Source: an uncultured Chlamydiae bacterium (GTDB taxonomy: Bacteria; Chlamydiota; Chlamydiia; Chlamydiales; SM23-39). Taken from it: a stretch of DNA of 64,000 nt. Positions 19,290 through 29,200 of this stretch are shown here, piece by piece. The notes under the pieces are model-generated. The model was not told the origin of the DNA, made no database searches, and saw nothing but the letters and a program-made list of their open reading frames with translations. Location: contig CAWHDP010000002.1 of NCBI GenBank assembly GCA_963828125.1, forward strand, positions 1,120,001 to 1,184,000, written 5' to 3'. Positions within the stretch are counted from its first letter, which is position 1. Each line of letters begins with the position of its first letter. The position numbers were made by a program, and so were the translations under genes.

Positions 19290-20165
19290 ATGCTCCTAAA
19301 AATTTTGACCCTCTCCTTGCTCCTCTTAGCGGCCGGCTGCGGCAAGCCCGCAGACCCAGGGTTAGAGCGAAAACCGCTTTTACTGGTCAGCATTGCCCCT
19401 TACCGCTTTTTAGCAGAGCGGATCGCGGGGGCCGGCTTCGAGGTGGAGACCGTCGTCCCAGCCGCCGCCAACCCCCACTCGTTCGAACCCACCTCAGCCC
19501 AAGTGACCCACATGAACCGGTCCCAAGTGTGGTTCCGGATCGGAGAGCCGTTCGAAACGAAAATCCTCCCCATCCTAGAGAAGAGAAACGGCGGGATGAC
19601 AGTCGCCGACCTCCGCGAAGGGATCGATCTCATCGAGGAGAAGCATGAGCTCGGCTGCAAACACTGCGCGATGGATCATCTCGACCGACACATCTGGCTC
19701 AGCCCCAAACGGGCGATCGAACAGGCCAGACTGATTGAGCGGGCGCTAGAGAAAAAATTCCCTCAGCAGAGTGACACATTCCGTCAAAATTTAACGCAAT
19801 TATCTATAGAACTGATGGCATTAGACGCTGAAATTAGGGACATCCTAAAATCGGTCGAAAACCGGACCCTTTTAGTATCGCATCCAGCCTTCGGCTACTT
19901 CTGCAAAGACTACAATTTTGTTCAGCTCTCGGTCGAATACGAGGGGAAAGATCCACGTCCGAAACACCTGGAAGAGATCTTAAAACAAGCCGTAGCGGCC
20001 AGCGCCGAACTCGCTTTGGCCCTCCCCCAATACAACAATAAAGGGGCTCAGCTCATCGCAGAAAAACTCCACATGCCGGTCCGATTGATCGACCCCTATT
20101 CGGCAGACTACTTCGAAACCATGAGAAAATTAGCCCGGTTGATCGCAGACCCCTATGCAGATTGA
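19290..20165 (+). CDS. Zn/Mn ABC transporter substrate-binding lipoprotein (ZnuA/TroA family)
   Basis: Lipobox LAAGC, NPHSFEP, DRHIWLSP, VSHPAFGYF. Confidence 0.92.
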   Translation: MLLKILTLSLLLLAAGCGKPADPGLERKPLLLVSIAPYRFLAERIAGAGFEVETVVPAAANPHSFEPTSAQVTHMNRSQVWFRIGEPFETKILPILEKRNGGMTVADLREGIDLIEEKHELGCKHCAMDHLDRHIWLSPKRAIEQARLIERALEKKFPQQSDTFRQNLTQLSIELMALDAEIRDILKSVENRTLLVSHPAFGYFCKDYNFVQLSVEYEGKDPRPKHLEEILKQAVAASAELALALPQYNNKGAQLIAEKLHMPVRLIDPYSADYFETMRKLARLIADPYAD

Positions 20166-20871
20166 AATCGACGATCTTTATTTCTCTTATGGAGGCGTCC
20201 ACGTCCTCCAAAAGGTGCGCTTGCGCGTACAGAGAGGCGAATTCGTAGGGATCATGGGGCCGAACGGAGGGGGCAAAACAACCCTTTTAAAAATATTGAT
20301 GGGATTCTTAGCCCCGAGCAGCGGATCGGTCAGAGTCGACGGGACAATCGGCTACGTCCCCCAAGTGCAGCAGACCGATCGCGATTTTCCGATCGCAGTC
20401 CACGAATTGATCCTCCTTGGAGCCTTGTCAAAAACCAGCTTCTGGGGCGGCTATCCGGCGGAAATCAAAAAACGGTGCGAAAAATGGATGGAGCGGCTCG
20501 GACTCACACCCCATAAACAAAAAATGTTCAGTTCCCTCTCCGGCGGCCTCGCTCAAAGAGCGCTTCTAGCCAGAGCCCTCCTCTCAGATCCCGATCTCCT
20601 CTTACTCGACGAACCGACCGCCAATATCGACACAGCATCGACCCAAACGATCTTCGAGATTTTAGCAGAGCTCAAAGGCTCCAAAACGATTCTCCTCGTC
20701 ACTCATGATCTCAAAACGATCATCGAGCGGGTGGGGAGAGTCATCTGCGTCCAAGGCGAAGTGAGCTCCCTTTTACCCAAAGAGGTTTGCGAACACTTCG
20801 CCCTAGGGCTTTATCATACACCCCTCATAGCCAAAAAAGAGCGGAGCGATGCCCCTATCCCTATTCGATAA
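20155..20871 (+). CDS. Zn/Mn ABC transporter ATP-binding protein
   Basis: GPNGGGKTT, GYVPQ, LSGG, LLLLDEPT, VTHD. Confidence 0.93.
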   Translation: MQIEIDDLYFSYGGVHVLQKVRLRVQRGEFVGIMGPNGGGKTTLLKILMGFLAPSSGSVRVDGTIGYVPQVQQTDRDFPIAVHELILLGALSKTSFWGGYPAEIKKRCEKWMERLGLTPHKQKMFSSLSGGLAQRALLARALLSDPDLLLLDEPTANIDTASTQTIFEILAELKGSKTILLVTHDLKTIIERVGRVICVQGEVSSLLPKEVCEHFALGLYHTPLIAKKERSDAPIPIR

Positions 20872-21730
20872 CCCCTTCATTCAAATGGCCCTCTGGGCTT
20901 GCCTCCTCTCCTCTTTGGCAAGCGGAGTGATCGGCTCATTCGTGGTCATCAAACGGATCTCTTTCATCGCAGGCAGCATCGCCCACTCTATTCTCGGCGG
21001 CATGGGGCTTTGCCTTTGGCTCCAACGGAGCTACGACTGGCATTGGTGCTCCCCCATTTGGGGCGCTTTCGGCTCCGCGATCGGATCGGCCCTCATCCTC
21101 GGCTGGGTTCACCTCAATTATCGACAAAGGGAAGACGCTACGATTGCGGCCATCTGGTCGACCGGGATGGCCATCGGAATGATCTTCCTCTCGATGACCC
21201 CCGGCACCAACGTCGAATTACTCAATTATTTATTCGGCAACATCCTCTTTATCGACGCCGCCGATCTGATCTGGCTCGCCCTCCTCAACGGACTCATTTT
21301 AGCCGTTGTCGCCTTCTATTACCGGAGATTTTTAGCCCTCTGTTTCGATGAAGAGCAAGCCCTCTTGCAGGGCGTCCCCGTCAGAAAGCTCTATTTGCTT
21401 TTGCTCAGCCTGGTCGCCGTCTCCATCGTCCTTTTGATGCAAATCATCGGGATCATTTTGGTGATCGCCCTCCTCACCATCCCAGCGACCCTAGCAGGGC
21501 TATTTACCCACAGACTCCTGCCTATGATGGCCGCCGCCGCCGCCTTCTCCGCCCTCTTTAGCCTCCTCGGGATCGGCGCCGCCGCCGCCCTCAACTGGCC
21601 GCCCGCCGCCACCATCGCCTTGACAGCCGCCGCCAGCTACCTCCTTTTGCTCCCCCTAAAAAAGAAAAAAAATTCCTTGAATCGGAGGCTATTGAGAATC
21701 CGATTGACAAGCAGGGCTCCTCTCGAGTAA
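20849..21730 (+). CDS. Zn/Mn ABC transporter permease (ZnuB family)
   Basis: GSFVVIKRISFIAGSIAHS, YLFGNIL, FDEEQA, IGIILVIALLTIPA. Confidence 0.92.
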   Translation: MPLSLFDNPFIQMALWACLLSSLASGVIGSFVVIKRISFIAGSIAHSILGGMGLCLWLQRSYDWHWCSPIWGAFGSAIGSALILGWVHLNYRQREDATIAAIWSTGMAIGMIFLSMTPGTNVELLNYLFGNILFIDAADLIWLALLNGLILAVVAFYYRRFLALCFDEEQALLQGVPVRKLYLLLLSLVAVSIVLLMQIIGIILVIALLTIPATLAGLFTHRLLPMMAAAAAFSALFSLLGIGAAAALNWPPAATIALTAAASYLLLLPLKKKKNSLNRRLLRIRLTSRAPLE

Positions 21731-21733
21731 TAT
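21704..21733 (+). promoter_or_regulatory. Putative sigma66/70 promoter of rplU-rpmA-obgE
   Basis: TTGACA-18 nt-TAATAT about 35 nt upstream of the rplU ATG. Confidence 0.5.
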
Positions 21734-21768
21734 TTTTGGGAATTAACTTTCTATTTTTTTGAGGAAAT

Positions 21769-22077
21769 ATGTACGCGATTATCGAGACAGGTGGAAAACA
21801 GTACCGAGTCGAAGAGGGAGATGAACTGGACGTCGAGCTTTTAGGAGCTGACGGAGAGGTGAAATTCGACAAAGTGCTGATGGTTCACGACGGCAAAGAG
21901 CCCAAAGTCGGCCTCCCCCACCTTGCAAAATGTTCTGTCCACGCCGAAGTGATCGGGGTGGCAAAAGGGCCTAAAGTCATTGCCTTTAAATACAAAAAAT
22001 GCAAAAACTACCGCCGCACAGTGGGCCACCGTCAAAAGTACTCCCGTGTGAAAATTAAGAAAATTGTTGCAGCTTAA
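21769..22077 (+). CDS. rplU: 50S ribosomal protein L21
   Basis: [14 protein letters not shown]...GHRQKYS. Confidence 0.98.
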   Translation: MYAIIETGGKQYRVEEGDELDVELLGADGEVKFDKVLMVHDGKEPKVGLPHLAKCSVHAEVIGVAKGPKVIAFKYKKCKNYRRTVGHRQKYSRVKIKKIVAA

Positions 22078-22088
22078 AAGGACGAATC

Positions 22089-22334
22089 ATGGCACATAAG
22101 AAAGGACAGGGTTCAACCCGTAACGGACGCGACTCAAAATCGCAACGGCTTGGCGTCAAAGCGACCATGGGGCAATTCGTCACTGCAGGGAGCATTCTCG
22201 TCAGACAATGCGGCACAAAATGGCACCCCAGCAAAAACGTAGGGTTGGGACGCGATTACTCGCTTTTTGCCTTAAAAGACGGCGTCGTCTCTTTTCGCAA
22301 AGGGGCGAAGACGTTCGTCTCCGATCATCCCTGA
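22089..22334 (+). CDS. rpmA: 50S ribosomal protein L27
   Basis: [16 protein letters not shown]...ILVRQCGT. Confidence 0.98.
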   Translation: MAHKKGQGSTRNGRDSKSQRLGVKATMGQFVTAGSILVRQCGTKWHPSKNVGLGRDYSLFALKDGVVSFRKGAKTFVSDHP

Positions 22335-22353
22335 CGAAGGGTAACAAGCTCTG

Positions 22354-23358
22354 ATGTTCGCCGATACGCTGAAGAAGTTGAGTTTATGGGCGGGCAAGGG
22401 GGGGAACGGCGTCATTGCTTGGCGCCGTGAGAAATATATCCCCAAAGGGGGTCCTGCCGGCGGCGACGGCGGCAATGGCGGCTCGGTCTATATTCAGGCA
22501 GACAAGCAAGTCCACTCCCTTGAAGACTACCGGAACCGCCGCATTCTCAAAGCCGAAAATGGGATGCCCGGCGGCTCGAATAATTGCAAAGGGCGCACCG
22601 GAGAGGATCTGATCATCAAGGTTCCTCTAGGCACCCTCGTGAAAGACTCTAAAAGCGGCGCCGTTCTCTGCGACTTCACCGCACAGGGACAAAGTTGGAA
22701 AATATGCAGCGGCGGGAAAGGGGGCAAAGGGAATACCCGTTTTAAAACAGCCACCCACCAAGCCCCCTTCGTCTGCACAGAAGGGACCGCAGGAGAAGAG
22801 ATCGAGATCGACCTCGAACTTAAGTTGATCGCGGACGTCGGTTTTGTCGGTATGCCGAACGCGGGCAAATCGACCCTGATTTCGGAACTGGCCCACATTC
22901 AGGTAAAAATCGCCCCCTATCCATTCACTACGCTCCGCCCCAACTTAGGGATTGTTGAGTTCGATGATTTCAAGCGGCTCCTCATCGCCGATATTCCAGG
23001 GATTATCGAAGACGCCCATGAAAATAGAGGGCTTGGCTTTTTATTTTTAAGACACATCGAGCGAACCTCTTCTCTCGTCTATTTAATCGAACTCGCCCCC
23101 TACCAGGATCGCAATCCGTTTGAGGAGTTTATGATGCTCCGGCGGGAACTCAATGCCTATAACCCCGCCATGCTCGAAAAGCCTTTCCTTGTTGCGCTCA
23201 ACAAAATCGACCAAGAAGGGGCGATGGAATTAGCTTGCCGCTTTAAAGAGCAGTATCCATACGACCCATCGACCCTGTTCGAAATTTCAGCCCTCGAAGG
23301 GACGAATGTAGCGCAGCTCAAAGAAGCGCTCCGGATCCATGTCAAAGACCCCGCATAA
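22354..23358 (+). CDS. obgE: GTPase ObgE/CgtA
   Basis: Gly-rich Obg fold GGPAGGDGGNGG, GMPNAGKST, YPFTTL, DIPG, NKID. Confidence 0.97.
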   Translation: MFADTLKKLSLWAGKGGNGVIAWRREKYIPKGGPAGGDGGNGGSVYIQADKQVHSLEDYRNRRILKAENGMPGGSNNCKGRTGEDLIIKVPLGTLVKDSKSGAVLCDFTAQGQSWKICSGGKGGKGNTRFKTATHQAPFVCTEGTAGEEIEIDLELKLIADVGFVGMPNAGKSTLISELAHIQVKIAPYPFTTLRPNLGIVEFDDFKRLLIADIPGIIEDAHENRGLGFLFLRHIERTSSLVYLIELAPYQDRNPFEEFMMLRRELNAYNPAMLEKPFLVALNKIDQEGAMELACRFKEQYPYDPSTLFEISALEGTNVAQLKEALRIHVKDPA

Positions 23359-23361
23359 AGA

Positions 23362-23382
23362 GGGTTCGCTTAGAACGAACCC
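23362..23382. terminator. Hairpin between convergent obgE and the hypothetical gene (copied at 24602-24622)
   Basis: GGGTTCG-CTTAGAA-CGAACCC stem-loop right after the obgE stop. Confidence 0.6.
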
Positions 23383-23389
23383 CAAAACC

Positions 23390-24286
23390 CTAATTTTCTT
23401 TGCCGTCGCTTTTTTCGGACTTCGCAGGCATCATCCTCACCGAGAAATTTTTCGATTCTGAGAAGGAATAACAATAGCTGCCCTTTTGGTCCGACATGAC
23501 AGTGCCTACATTCCAGTGCTCCGTTTTCTGGAAAATAAGATAGGGCACTGTCTCTCCAGTTAAGAGCGTTTTCACTCTTTCATGATACCGCTCTATCTGC
23601 GAGGGAACGCAAGGTCCAGGGTTAGCTCTCTTCCAGACCTGCTTGCCCTTGTGCTCTCCCAAGCAAAAAACTGCGCTAAAAAATTGGAAAGGAGATGGTT
23701 CGTTCTCATTCACCAATGTAAAACCTCCCCCCAATGACACGCTCCATCTTGCGGCGTCTATCGGCGATGATTGTTGCAGATCTTCAATGTAAACGATTTC
23801 AACAACGGTTCCCACTCGCTGCGGTGGGAGATCTTTATTCACTACCTCAAGATCCACTCTTATAAAAGGACGGCCTGCCTTCCCCGGGCGCATATCTTCT
23901 GAAGAAGTCATCTGGCAGGCTAGAGAATAAACGGGGCTCTCCTTACCCGTATAGTCTAGCAGACTTTTCACTGTTTGGTTGGGCCTAAAGTGATCGTTGT
24001 TCAGCCGTTCTAGACGTTCAAAAAAAACTTCGGGTAGATAGAAGTAGCGCTGTGGCAGATAACGCTTGAAGTAATTTATTATTTTGTCTCGCATCGTCTG
24101 CTGTATGTCTGACTGAATTGCACCTGATTGAATTGCGCCCGACTGAATTGACTGAATTGACTGAATTGACTGAATTGACGCGTAATATGCGGCGCATTCC
24201 TCTTTATCTTTGCAGAACGGCGCCGGATCATATTCCCATTCATCTTGGCTGAACGGCGCCTTGCTGTAGGGTGTTAGCTGATTCAT
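23390..24286 (-). CDS. Hypothetical protein, paralog A (298 aa) with SIQ micro-repeats
   Basis: AAGGAGA SD; shares the N-terminus MNQLT.YSKAPFSQ, the core GKAGRPF.RV.LEV.NKDLPPQRVGTV.EIV and the C-terminus SEKSDGKEN with 24629-25453. Confidence 0.8.
   Translation of the reverse strand: MNQLTPYSKAPFSQDEWEYDPAPFCKDKEECAAYYASIQSIQSIQSIQSGAIQSGAIQSDIQQTMRDKIINYFKRYLPQRYFYLPEVFFERLERLNNDHFRPNQTVKSLLDYTGKESPVYSLACQMTSSEDMRPGKAGRPFIRVDLEVVNKDLPPQRVGTVVEIVYIEDLQQSSPIDAARWSVSLGGGFTLVNENEPSPFQFFSAVFCLGEHKGKQVWKRANPGPCVPSQIERYHERVKTLLTGETVPYLIFQKTEHWNVGTVMSDQKGSYCYSFSESKNFSVRMMPAKSEKSDGKEN
24111..24179. repeat. 9-bp tandem repeat (GACTGAATT)x4 plus degenerate 15-bp units
   Basis: Seen directly; encodes SIQSIQSIQSIQSGAIQSGAIQS in paralog A only. 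Confidence 0.9.
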
Positions 24287-24315
24287 AATTTTGTCTCCTT
24301 TTTTGGTGAGGGAAT

Positions 24316-24345
24316 ATTTTAATCAACACAACACAATGCTGTCAA
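24316..24345 (-). promoter_or_regulatory. Putative sigma66/70 promoter of paralog A (identical copy at 25484-25513 for paralog B)
   Basis: TTGACA-18 nt-TAAAAT on the minus strand ~30 nt upstream of the ATG, conserved in both duplicated units. Confidence 0.6.
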
Positions 24346-24628
24346 GCGATATCCGCTTGGAGATGGAGCAGAGGAGCCGAGCACTCGGACTTCTCTCTCG
24401 TTAGAGGTTCAATGAGACTCTCCTTGGTTGCATGAGTTTCTTGCAACTCCAGTGAGAGCCGCATTGGAATTGGTTTGCCGCTTTAGAGAGCAGTATCCGT
24501 ACGGCCCATCGACCCTGTTCGAAATTTCAGCCCTCGAAGGGACGAATGTAGCGCAGCTCAAAGAAACGCTCCGGATCCATGTCAAAGACCCCGCATAAAG
24601 AGGGTTCGCTTAGAACGAACCCCAGACC

Positions 24629-25453
24629 CTAATTTTCTTTGCCGTCGCTTTTTTCGGACTCCGCAGACATCATCTTAACCGAGAAATCGTTCAATGGTGA
24701 CCATTTAAAAAAAATGTCTTGCCCATTGTCCTTGTCGATTTTCACGGTCTCTTCAGTGATCTTTGGCTGTTGCTCCAAAATCAAATAGGGCACTGCCTCC
24801 CCTGCTAAAAGATTTTCCACTCTCCGATGATACATCTCCCCGTGTCTTTCAGGGTTCTTGGGGGGGCCTAGCCAATAGGTTTTGTCAGCCCCCAAGGAAA
24901 GAACTGAGCTTAAAAATTGATAGGGAGCGTCTCGCTTCAATTCGATTTTTTTAAAACCTTCCCCCTCTTGGTTAGTATATCTTACAGCTTTAACCTGCCC
25001 CCCTGTCATCACATTGTCAATGAAAACGATTTCAATAACGGTTCCCACTCGCTGCGGTGGGAGATCTTTATTCAATACCTCAAGAACCACTCTTACAAAA
25101 GGACGGCCTGCCTTCCCCTCACGAGGATCGTCTGCAGAGGTAGTCCTGAAAGATGGGTTCTCAACGCACTCCAGGTTACGCACATAACTGTTCAGCTGCT
25201 CCGCATCGCTGGGCTGCAACTGAAGCCTGTTCAGAGTTTGAAAAAAGACTGCAGGCAGGTAGAAGTAGCTCCATCGCATATGGTTTTCGAAGTACTGCAC
25301 TACATTGTTCCGGATCTGAACAAGATTTTGATGATTTCGAAGTGATTCGCAATGTACCGTGTATGCGTCTGCATCTGCGCAGAACGGCGCCGAATCATAT
25401 TCCGATCCCTTTTGGCTGAACGGCGCCTTGCTGTAGGATGTTAGCTGATTCAT
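24629..25453 (-). CDS. Hypothetical protein, paralog B (274 aa)
   Basis: Paralog of 23390-24286 with the same SD and promoter. Confidence 0.8.
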   Translation of the reverse strand: MNQLTSYSKAPFSQKGSEYDSAPFCADADAYTVHCESLRNHQNLVQIRNNVVQYFENHMRWSYFYLPAVFFQTLNRLQLQPSDAEQLNSYVRNLECVENPSFRTTSADDPREGKAGRPFVRVVLEVLNKDLPPQRVGTVIEIVFIDNVMTGGQVKAVRYTNQEGEGFKKIELKRDAPYQFLSSVLSLGADKTYWLGPPKNPERHGEMYHRRVENLLAGEAVPYLILEQQPKITEETVKIDKDNGQDIFFKWSPLNDFSVKMMSAESEKSDGKEN

Positions 25454-25552
25454 AATTTTTGTCTCCTTTTTTAGTGAGGAAATATTTTAATCAACACAAC
25501 ACAATGCTGTCAAGCGATATCCGCTTGGAGCCTTTCCCGATGTAGAAAAAGC

Positions 25553-26145
25553 TAGCCCGAATTTCTCACAGCAAGCACAGATGCTCAAGATGTGACGACA
25601 GATTTTGCAAATCGCGAGGAAGCGAACCCGCATTTCTCACACAGACGCGAGAAAAGATGCTCACGATGTGACGACAGATTTTGCAAATCGCGAGGAAGCG
25701 AACCCGCATTTCTCACACAGACGCGAGAAAAGATGCTCACGATGTTACGCCAGATTTTGCAAATCGCGAGGAAGCTAATAGGACTTTTCCTATTAGCGAC
25801 GAGCGATTGGCGAAAGATGGCGTGACAGATTGAGCAGATTTTCCGCGGATGTGTGAGAAATGCGGGTTAATAGGACTTTTCCTATTAGCGACGAGCGATT
25901 GGCGAAAGATGGCGTGACAGATTGAGCAGATTTTCCGCGGATGTGTGAGAAATGCGGGTTAATAGGACTTTTCCTATTAGCGACGAGCGATTGGCGAAAG
26001 ATGGCGTGACAGATTGAGCAGATTTTCCGCGGATGTGTGAGAAATGCGGGTTAATAGGACTTTTCCTATTAGCGACGAGCGATTGGCGAAAGATGGCGTG
26101 ACAGATTGAGCAGATTTTCCGCGGATGTGTGAGAAATGCGGGCTA
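25553..26145. repeat. Expanded palindromic (MITE/RPE-like) element: 3 x ~76-bp left arm + 4 x 92-bp right arm
   Basis: Left units start at 25553 (degenerate), 25624 and 25700; right units at 25776, 25868, 25960 and 26052. Ends TAGCCCG...CGGGCTA; central hairpin TAATAGGA-CTTT-TCCTATTA. Confidence 0.92.
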
Positions 26146-26236
26146 GAGCATCGAAATGTATATATATATTTTTTTACAACCCTTTAAAGATGATCTTGGA
26201 TAAACTCGTCATAAAATTTACCAAACATGAGTTTTT

Positions 26237-29200
26237 ATGAACGGTTCAGTATCTAAAATCCCCCCTTTTACTTCTCTGTCGGTGTATGCAAACCTTCAAG
26301 ATCTTCAAAACCCTAGAGCCGCATTGTACACTCAAGAGGATGCAAGGACGATCAACGAGATTATTGACCTAGTGCCATCATTGAAAAAGAGCGCAAATGA
26401 GAGCCCCTCAACCGGACAATTTGCTGGCGCCTTAGTACCAGCTTGCATTGACAATGGGCGACTTTATGTTAAAGTCACAGAGCAGACAGGAACAGTTCTA
26501 AAAATGACAACTATTTTTATAAATACGACAAACAACAAAGATGTTTATGTCGAACTTACAAACAATAAAGTTTCTGCAAACTCTATCTTAGCAGCGCCCT
26601 CAAACCCCCAGTCCCATCCGAATCCTCAATTGTCCAGTCAACCCTCCATCTCATCTCCAGTTTCACACCCACCAGTATCTAAAATCCCCCCTTTTACTTT
26701 TCTGTCGGTTTATGCAAGTATTCAAGATCTTCAAGATTCTCAACACTCATTGCTCGCTCAAAAGGATCAAACGATGATCGACGAGATTATTAGGCTGGTG
26801 CCATCATTGCAAAAGGGCCTAAACGAGAGCGCCTTGCTAGGGAAAAATTTTGATGCCCCCCTAGTAATAGGTCGCATTGAAAATTGCCGACTTTATGTTA
26901 CATGCGTAGAGCAGGGAGAAATGGTTCAAAAAATGACAAATACTTATATACCTACGATAGACACCGATGTTTATGTCCAACTTAGAAAATATGACGTTTC
27001 TGCAAACTCTATCTTAGCAGCGCGCTCAAACGCCCAGTCCCATCCCAATCCTCAATTCCCCAGTCAACCTTCCGTCTCATCTCCAGTTTCACATCCAGCC
27101 AACCCGCAAAATAACACTTTTAATCGTGTGGAACTCTATCATCTGGGAAAAAAATTGTGGTCAACAACAGAGAGCAGTGTGATCGCAACGATTCTCAATT
27201 CACTAAAGATGTCGGAAGCATCGGAGAATCTGGATGTAACACTAACACGAGGAACCCTTCAGCACGGCGCATTTTTTATTACATTAAACAGCCTGACAAC
27301 GAAAATTCCGAATATTCAGTGCGAACTCCTATCCGGTGATGCTCTGCTCAAGTGTATAAAAGACAGAAATAACGTTCCTTCGGCTCATTCAGCTCTCTCA
27401 AGCCCCCAGCCCACAATACAACCAAAGTCAGAGCCAGAGTCAGAGAATTGCCTAGACTTTGAAGAAGATGTTTCACCAAACATGTTTTCGACAAACCTTC
27501 CTCAGACTCATGTAGCGCCCTTAGTCCCCCAGCCCACAATACAACCAAAGTCAGAGCCAGAGCCAGAGCCAGAGTCAGGGAGTTGCCTAGACTTTGAAGA
27601 AGGTGTTCCACCAAACATGTTTTCGACAAACCTTCCTCAGACTCATGTAGCGCCCTTAGTCCCCCAGCCCACAACACAACCAAAGCCAGAACCAAAGCCA
27701 GAGCTAGAGAGTTACCGAGACTTCGAAGGCTATGTTACACCAAAGGTTCCTCCGACAAACCTTCCTCAGACTCATTTAGCGCCCTCAGGCCCGCAGCCCA
27801 CAATACAACCAGAGCCAGCTAGTTGCGTAGACTTCCTCGAAGTTCCATCAAATGAAATCAGACTCCCATTGAGCGATCCTCCCGAGCGCCGCATAAAGTG
27901 CCCTTTCGATTATCTTGCAGTGACACACAATGAACGTGTAGTATGGGACACGTCTGACAACCAGACGATCGAACATATTTTCCAACAAATACCAATATCG
28001 AAATCTATGTGTATGCAAGATGCGGCATCAATAAAGGCCATGATTCAGAATGAAAAAATTTTTATTCAAATAAACGGACAACCACAGAAGATTCCGAATA
28101 TTCGACTTGACAGAGAGCTATCCGGTCAAGCTGAGTTCTATTTTGGAAAAATTAATGAACGTTTGTCTCAGCAAGCGATGGGTCAAATTCTGCCACCAGG
28201 ATGGGCAGAAGAGCTCCTCTCGCGGGAAGAACCTGCTGAGATGCAAATTTGTAGAGCCATACAAGGCCCAAGGGCAATGAGAACTCCAGTACCAAAAGCG
28301 ATCCAGATGGCAGCAATGGATCAGATGCTAGCCTTCCGCAGCGAGGTCACACCAAGAATAACCTCAAACATGTGCATGGCGAGTCAAAAGATTCCTGTAA
28401 AATATGTGCCCCGGGAACTATATATCATGCAAAGTCCGCTTCGTAACAGGAACCCGACTTGGGGGAAGGAGATGAGTATTCAGGAGAGACAAGCTCTCTG
28501 GGCCCAAGAAAAAGAAGTCTTAACAAACGGTGGACAAGGGATTAAACATCAAATACATCAAGCGGCGATGTTGGAGATTACGGGGCCTCGGGTAGAAAAA
28601 ATTTTTTCCGCGCTGACTCAACAGATGCAACAGAGCCAGCAGCAGATTCTTAAACCCTGGATGAGGGATACGTTGGCTGAAATGGATGCATATAAACTTC
28701 AGAAGCGCCCCATTCCCCCTGAGTTGAAAAAGAAGCTCGGAGTCATTGAGCAATATTTGAAGAGCAACCGCCAAGACACCATCAATGCATGGACCGATTT
28801 CTTGCTCCAATTTGAAAAAACTGCGAATCGGAACAGATCGATTTCTATAGGGGGAGGATGGGGAATATGTGCCATAAACAACCAAGATGAGATTTACTTA
28901 TATAATCCTACACATGACAGGAATGGGAAGGTGATAGGACTTTACAACACAGGCGTTCAGCTGCAGTTAATGGAAAGAGAGACTCTTCAACAGGTACGCT
29001 TCATATTTGATCAACCTTGTTATTTGCAGTTTCGCTTTCAAGCTAAGTTCGGGCCTTTGGAGCCTTTGGAATACAACGCCCTTCCACAAGACCCAAGAGA
29101 CTCCAGCGGCCTCCAACCTCAACCTAGCTCGCCGATCCAATCGATGTTGCAAGCGCCACATTGTAATTTTAATAAATTAAAAATACACCAATGGTTGAAT

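Larger units (their letters stand above)
23225..25530. repeat. Tandem duplication of a ~1.1-kb unit (23225-24362 and 24465-25530): obgE 3' end + hairpin + ORF + promoter
   Basis: The last 134 nt of obgE recur at 24465-24598 with 6 substitutions; both units end in the identical AATCAACACAACACAATGCTGTCAAGCGATATCCGCTTGGAG. Confidence 0.92.

Noticed and set aside
25592..25825. 77-aa ORF in the repeat array
   Set aside because: Merely a translation of the tandem repeat units; no SD or coding signal.
25553..26145. CRISPR array
   Set aside because: Units are 76 and 92 bp head-to-tail with no unique spacers, and there are no cas genes in the window.
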